DNA from: an uncultured Bacteroidota bacterium | GTDB lineage: Bacteria > Bacteroidota > Bacteroidia > Flavobacteriales > TMED113 | NCBI GenBank assembly: GCA_902533035.1 | Contig: CACAKI010000002.1 | Coordinates: forward strand, 12,191 to 76,190 | DNA: 64,000 nucleotides | Direction: 5' to 3' | Shown here: positions 60,939 through 64,000 of the stretch, piece after piece | Numbering within the stretch: the stretch's first letter is position 1 | Layout: every line of letters begins with the position of its first letter | The notes under the pieces: model-generated | The model's input: only the letters and a program-made list of their open reading frames with translations | Databases searched by the model: none | Told to the model about the DNA's origin: nothing | Translations under genes and position numbers: made by a program

Positions 60939-61866
60939 TTTTTTTCTTACTAAAATATTCTATTGTTATTAGAGTGAAAAATCCAGCAAAAACAAAAAAC
61001 AATAAATAAAAATTATTTTCTACATACTGTATGATATTTCCATTTTTATTTAATTCATCTTTAATTGGATCTATTACTTTTAACATCATAGTTGTTGATG
61101 ATTCTGATCTAATAGGCCAAATAAATATTAATGACCCAAGCACGAATCCTGTAATTATAGCTAGAGTTTGTTCTCTATACTTTTTAAATAACCAAGATAT
61201 CACTTTTGCTAAAGTAAGTATTCCGAATATCATTCCTAAAATAAAAACAATTAAAAAAATTAAAGAATCTATATTTTTATGAAATGTATTTATACTTTCT
61301 TTTAATAAAAGATTATAATTTCCTAGGATTAACAAAAGGTATGAACCAGATAATCCAGGGACAACCATCCCAATAATACCAATGATTCCACAAAAAAATA
61401 TAAATATTAGGTTAGTGTTTTCTTTTTGAAATTCAGGTATCACAGTAAGTGAAATTGCAAGGATAGTGCCAATTAAAAAAAATAAAACATGTTGCACTTT
61501 CCATTTTGGAATCATCTTGATGAGAAAAGGAATTGATGCTAGTATTAATCCAAAAAAATAAGATAGTGTAAATTTTTTATTTTTGTCTAGTAGTTCAAAA
61601 TATTCTAAAGCTTGAGCAAATAAAAGAGCACTTAATATTATTCCTAGTATTATAGGTATTAAAAATTCTAGTGATAAATTTTTATAAACTTTTTTGAAAT
61701 TAAGGTTTAATATGTTTGTGAATGTTTTTTTATTGATTGCAGATATAGTATGGATTAGTTTTTCATATATTCCCAATATTAATGCCATTGTTGCTCCAGA
61801 AAGACCAGGAATAATATTAGCAACGCCAATTAACATGCCTTTTAATACATTTTTTATAAAATACAC
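60931..61866 (-). CDS. DUF368 family polytopic membrane protein (family recently linked to polyprenyl-phosphate recycling)
   Basis: 311-aa ORF with duplicated signature loops NIIPGLSGATMALILGIYE and MVVPGLSGSYLLLILGNY. It has about 8 TM segments. Confidence 0.8.
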   Translation of the reverse strand: MYFIKNVLKGMLIGVANIIPGLSGATMALILGIYEKLIHTISAINKKTFTNILNLNFKKVYKNLSLEFLIPIILGIILSALLFAQALEYFELLDKNKKFTLSYFFGLILASIPFLIKMIPKWKVQHVLFFLIGTILAISLTVIPEFQKENTNLIFIFFCGIIGIIGMVVPGLSGSYLLLILGNYNLLLKESINTFHKNIDSLIFLIVFILGMIFGILTLAKVISWLFKKYREQTLAIITGFVLGSLIFIWPIRSESSTTMMLKVIDPIKDELNKNGNIIQYVENNFYLLFFVFAGFFTLITIEYFSKKKNV

Positions 61867-61876
61867 AATATTTTAT

Positions 61877-62170
61877 TTATCGATTATTTTCTAAATAAGC
61901 CTGATATCCGCCGGCAAGATTAGAGACATTTTTCATAGAATATTTTTCTCTTAAAATATGCACTACTGCTGCGCCTCTTCTGCCAGTGTTGCAGTATATA
62001 ACTACAGCTTTATTTTTTTCTATTTTTTCTATTGAATCTAAAATTTGATCCATTGGTATATGTAATTCGGAAATATAACCTTCATCAAATTCATATTTTT
62101 CCCTTATATCTATAATTTGAATATTTTGAGATTTTAAATTTAAAAAATCTTCAATTGTTATTTCTTTCAT
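61877..62170 (-). CDS. Single-domain rhodanese-like sulfurtransferase
   Basis: The ORF track gives 61877..62227. I prefer the Met at 62170 (MKEITIEDF...), which removes the overlap with the upstream gene. The active-site loop is YCNTGRRGA. Confidence 0.8.
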   Translation of the reverse strand: MKEITIEDFLNLKSQNIQIIDIREKYEFDEGYISELHIPMDQILDSIEKIEKNKAVVIYCNTGRRGAAVVHILREKYSMKNVSNLAGGYQAYLENNR

Positions 62171-62175
62171 GACGT

Positions 62176-62934
62176 TTATTTTAAAAATTGATGAAATGTG
62201 TCTCCTCTTAATCCTAATCTTAAACATTCTAGAGGTATTACAGATTTTGGATCTATATTTCCTAAATTAACATTACATCCCATTAATTTGATAAACCAAA
62301 CTTGTTGATCTTTTTTTGGAGCCTCCCACAATATTTTTTCATTTGGTATTTTGGTTAATATTTCCTCTATTAAATCGGATCTTATTTCTCCATCTTTTCT
62401 AAAAACTCCTACAGTTCCACTTTCCCTAGCTTCTGCTATTACTTTCCAGGATCCAGCATCTAATTCTTTTTGCATTAATTGAATCCATTTAGAAGGGGCA
62501 AGAATTTTATTTGATTTTTTATATCCAACTTCTGAGAAAACAGTAAATTTTTTGGATAACTCTGATATATATTCACATTTTTGTTGATGATTCATGTCAA
62601 TTGATCCATCAGAAATCTCAATAGTATCTAGATTCAAATTTTTAATAAATTTTATAAAATCATCAAACATATTTCTTATAATAAAAGCTTCAAATAATGT
62701 ACCTCCCAAATGTACTTTTATATTATTTTTTTGATATAATTTGATTTTTTCTTTTATATTTTTTGAAATTATTCCAGTTCCAAAACCAAGCTTTATGATG
62801 TCTATAAAATTAGCACAAGATTCCACGAGATTTTGAGCTTCTCTAGTACTTAACCCTGTATCCATAACCATTGTTAAGCCGATATCTCTATTTTTTTTAG
62901 TTCTAGTTGGTATATTTGGTAACTTAAAATTCAT
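62176..62934 (-). CDS. comA: Phosphosulfolactate synthase (ComA family)
   Basis: 252-aa ORF with RTKKNRDIGLTMVMDTGL, IDIIKLGFGT, HLGGTLFE and DTIEISDGSI, matching the (2R)-phospho-3-sulfolactate synthase TIM-barrel family as I recall it. Confidence 0.75.
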   Translation of the reverse strand: MNFKLPNIPTRTKKNRDIGLTMVMDTGLSTREAQNLVESCANFIDIIKLGFGTGIISKNIKEKIKLYQKNNIKVHLGGTLFEAFIIRNMFDDFIKFIKNLNLDTIEISDGSIDMNHQQKCEYISELSKKFTVFSEVGYKKSNKILAPSKWIQLMQKELDAGSWKVIAEARESGTVGVFRKDGEIRSDLIEEILTKIPNEKILWEAPKKDQQVWFIKLMGCNVNLGNIDPKSVIPLECLRLGLRGDTFHQFLK

Positions 62935-62953
62935 CTTTTTCTAAAAATTAATT

Positions 62954-62961
62954 CAAAAATA
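62954..62961 (-). promoter_or_regulatory. Bacteroidota-type -7 promoter box (TATTTTTG on the minus strand) upstream of comA
   Basis: The plus strand reads CAAAAATA, 20 nt upstream of the ATG at 62934. Confidence 0.35.
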
Positions 62962-63004
62962 CAAAATACTTAATGTCTTATTAAATCCTAAATAAAAAGT
63001 TATT

Positions 63005-63012
63005 TACATTTG
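63005..63012 (+). promoter_or_regulatory. Bacteroidota-type -7 promoter box (TACATTTG) upstream of glmM
   Basis: TAnnTTTG match 24 nt upstream of the ATG at 63036. Confidence 0.35.
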
Positions 63013-63035
63013 TAAACAGTCTTATTAATTTAATA

Positions 63036-64000
63036 ATGGTACTTATAAAATCAGTTTCTGGAATTAGAGGGACAATTTTTCGAAAAGGAGAAGAAAATTT
63101 AACTCCTTTTAATGTTCTTAAATTTGTTTCTATTTTTGGTGTATACTTAAAAAATAAAAAATCTCATCCAACAGTAGTTTTAGGTAGAGATGGGAGAGTG
63201 TCTGGCACTCATATATCTAAAGTAATTTCACTTCGTCTTTCAGAAATGGGTATTAATGTTATTAATATAGGTTTAACAACTACACCTACGGTAGGGTTTT
63301 ATGTCTCTAAAAAAAATGCTACAGGTGGAATTATGATATCAGCTAGTCATAATAGTATAGAGTGGAATGCGTTGAAATTTTTTAATGATAAGGGAGAGTT
63401 TCTAACAAAAAAAGAAAGTAATTATATTATTTCTTATGATATAAAAAGTGAAAAATCTAATTTTTTAGAAGAAAAAAAAGGAAAAGTTATTTTAGATAAT
63501 TCTGCTTTGGATTTTCATATTTCTTCTATTCTGAAATTAGAAGAGGTTTTGGTTCAAAAAATTAAAAATAAAAACATAACGGTTGTAGTAGATGGAATAA
63601 ATTCTTCTGGTGGAATCGCAGTTCCAAAGTTATTAGAAAAATTAGGTGTTTCTGTTATAAAATTAAATTGTGAGCCAAATGGGCTGTTTGATCATAATCC
63701 AGAACCTGTTCCAACTAATTTGCAAAAAGTATCTTCTTTTGTTAAATCTAAAAAAGCTGATTTTGGTATAGCAGTTGATCCCGATGTTGATAGGTTAGTG
63801 TTTATTTGTGAAGACGGTAGTTTTTTTGGTGAAGAATACACTATAATTGCATTAGGAGATTATGTTTTGTCTAAAATAAAAGGCAGTACAGTTTCTAATT
63901 TATCTTCTTCAAATGGGCTACGTGATATTACAAAAAAATATGATTTGGAGCATTTTTTTTCTGCTGTTGGAGAAAGCAATGTAATAGATATTATGAAAAA
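63036..64000 (+). CDS. glmM: Phosphoglucosamine mutase (alpha-D-phosphohexomutase family), truncated by the window end
   Basis: Not in the ORF track because it is open at the window edge. My translation is MVLIKSVSGIRGTI...VVLGRDGRVSG...GGIMISASHNSIEWNALKFF...AVDPDVDRL, with the phosphoserine loop SASHN and the metal-binding DPDxDR. Confidence 0.85.
   Translation, partial: MVLIKSVSGIRGTIFRKGEENLTPFNVLKFVSIFGVYLKNKKSHPTVVLGRDGRVSGTHISKVISLRLSEMGINVINIGLTTTPTVGFYVSKKNATGGIMISASHNSIEWNALKFFNDKGEFLTKKESNYIISYDIKSEKSNFLEEKKGKVILDNSALDFHISSILKLEEVLVQKIKNKNITVVVDGINSSGGIAVPKLLEKLGVSVIKLNCEPNGLFDHNPEPVPTNLQKVSSFVKSKKADFGIAVDPDVDRLVFICEDGSFFGEEYTIIALGDYVLSKIKGSTVSNLSSSNGLRDITKKYDLEHFFSAVGESNVIDIMK

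Noticed and set aside
61877-62227. Longer rhodanese start at 62227, overlapping comA by 52 nt
   Set aside because: The extra 19 residues (MFKIRIKRRHISSIFKINV) are not rhodanese-like. The Met at 62170 leaves a 5-nt gap after the comA stop.

Overview
This is a very gene-dense, AT-rich chromosomal segment (roughly 30% G+C by eye outside the rRNA genes) from a Flavobacteriales-type Bacteroidota genome. The assignment rests on the 16S sequence, a PorQ-like gene, a T9SS C-terminal sorting domain, TAnnTTTG promoter boxes and A/T-rich leaders with no Shine-Dalgarno elements. The window holds one complete 16S-23S-5S operon (about 17.35-22.19 kb) and about 50 protein genes, almost all housekeeping. These include phoH, purC, serA/serC, lon, cmk, dnaB, accA, ispE, tgt, rsmG, rpmH, carB, nadC, rlmH, rdgB, ddl, rluD, mnmE, sucD, fabG, uvrB, aroE and glmM. 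I saw no transposase, integrase, phage, CRISPR, toxin-antitoxin or recognisable defence genes, no tRNA genes, and no intergenic gap above about 200 nt. I did not find a clear-cut novel multi-gene system. The items most worth a second look are: (1) ribosomal protein L31 with a ~100-aa acidic tail encoded by 15 tandem 18-bp repeats; (2) a 16S 3' end whose anti-SD core reads TCTCC instead of CCTCC, and a tRNA-less ITS with duplicated hairpin-boxA modules; (3) a 1090-aa M1 metallopeptidase fused to an Omp85-type barrel, which resembles a type Vd autotransporter; (4) a YfhO (GT-C) / GT4 / flippase / membrane-anchored GT2 cluster that looks like a complete periplasmic glycosylation pathway; (5) a phosphosulfolactate synthase-rhodanese pair; (6) an atypical 524-aa SAM methyltransferase. 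All functional calls come from reading the supplied translations and recalling motifs. No database search was run.
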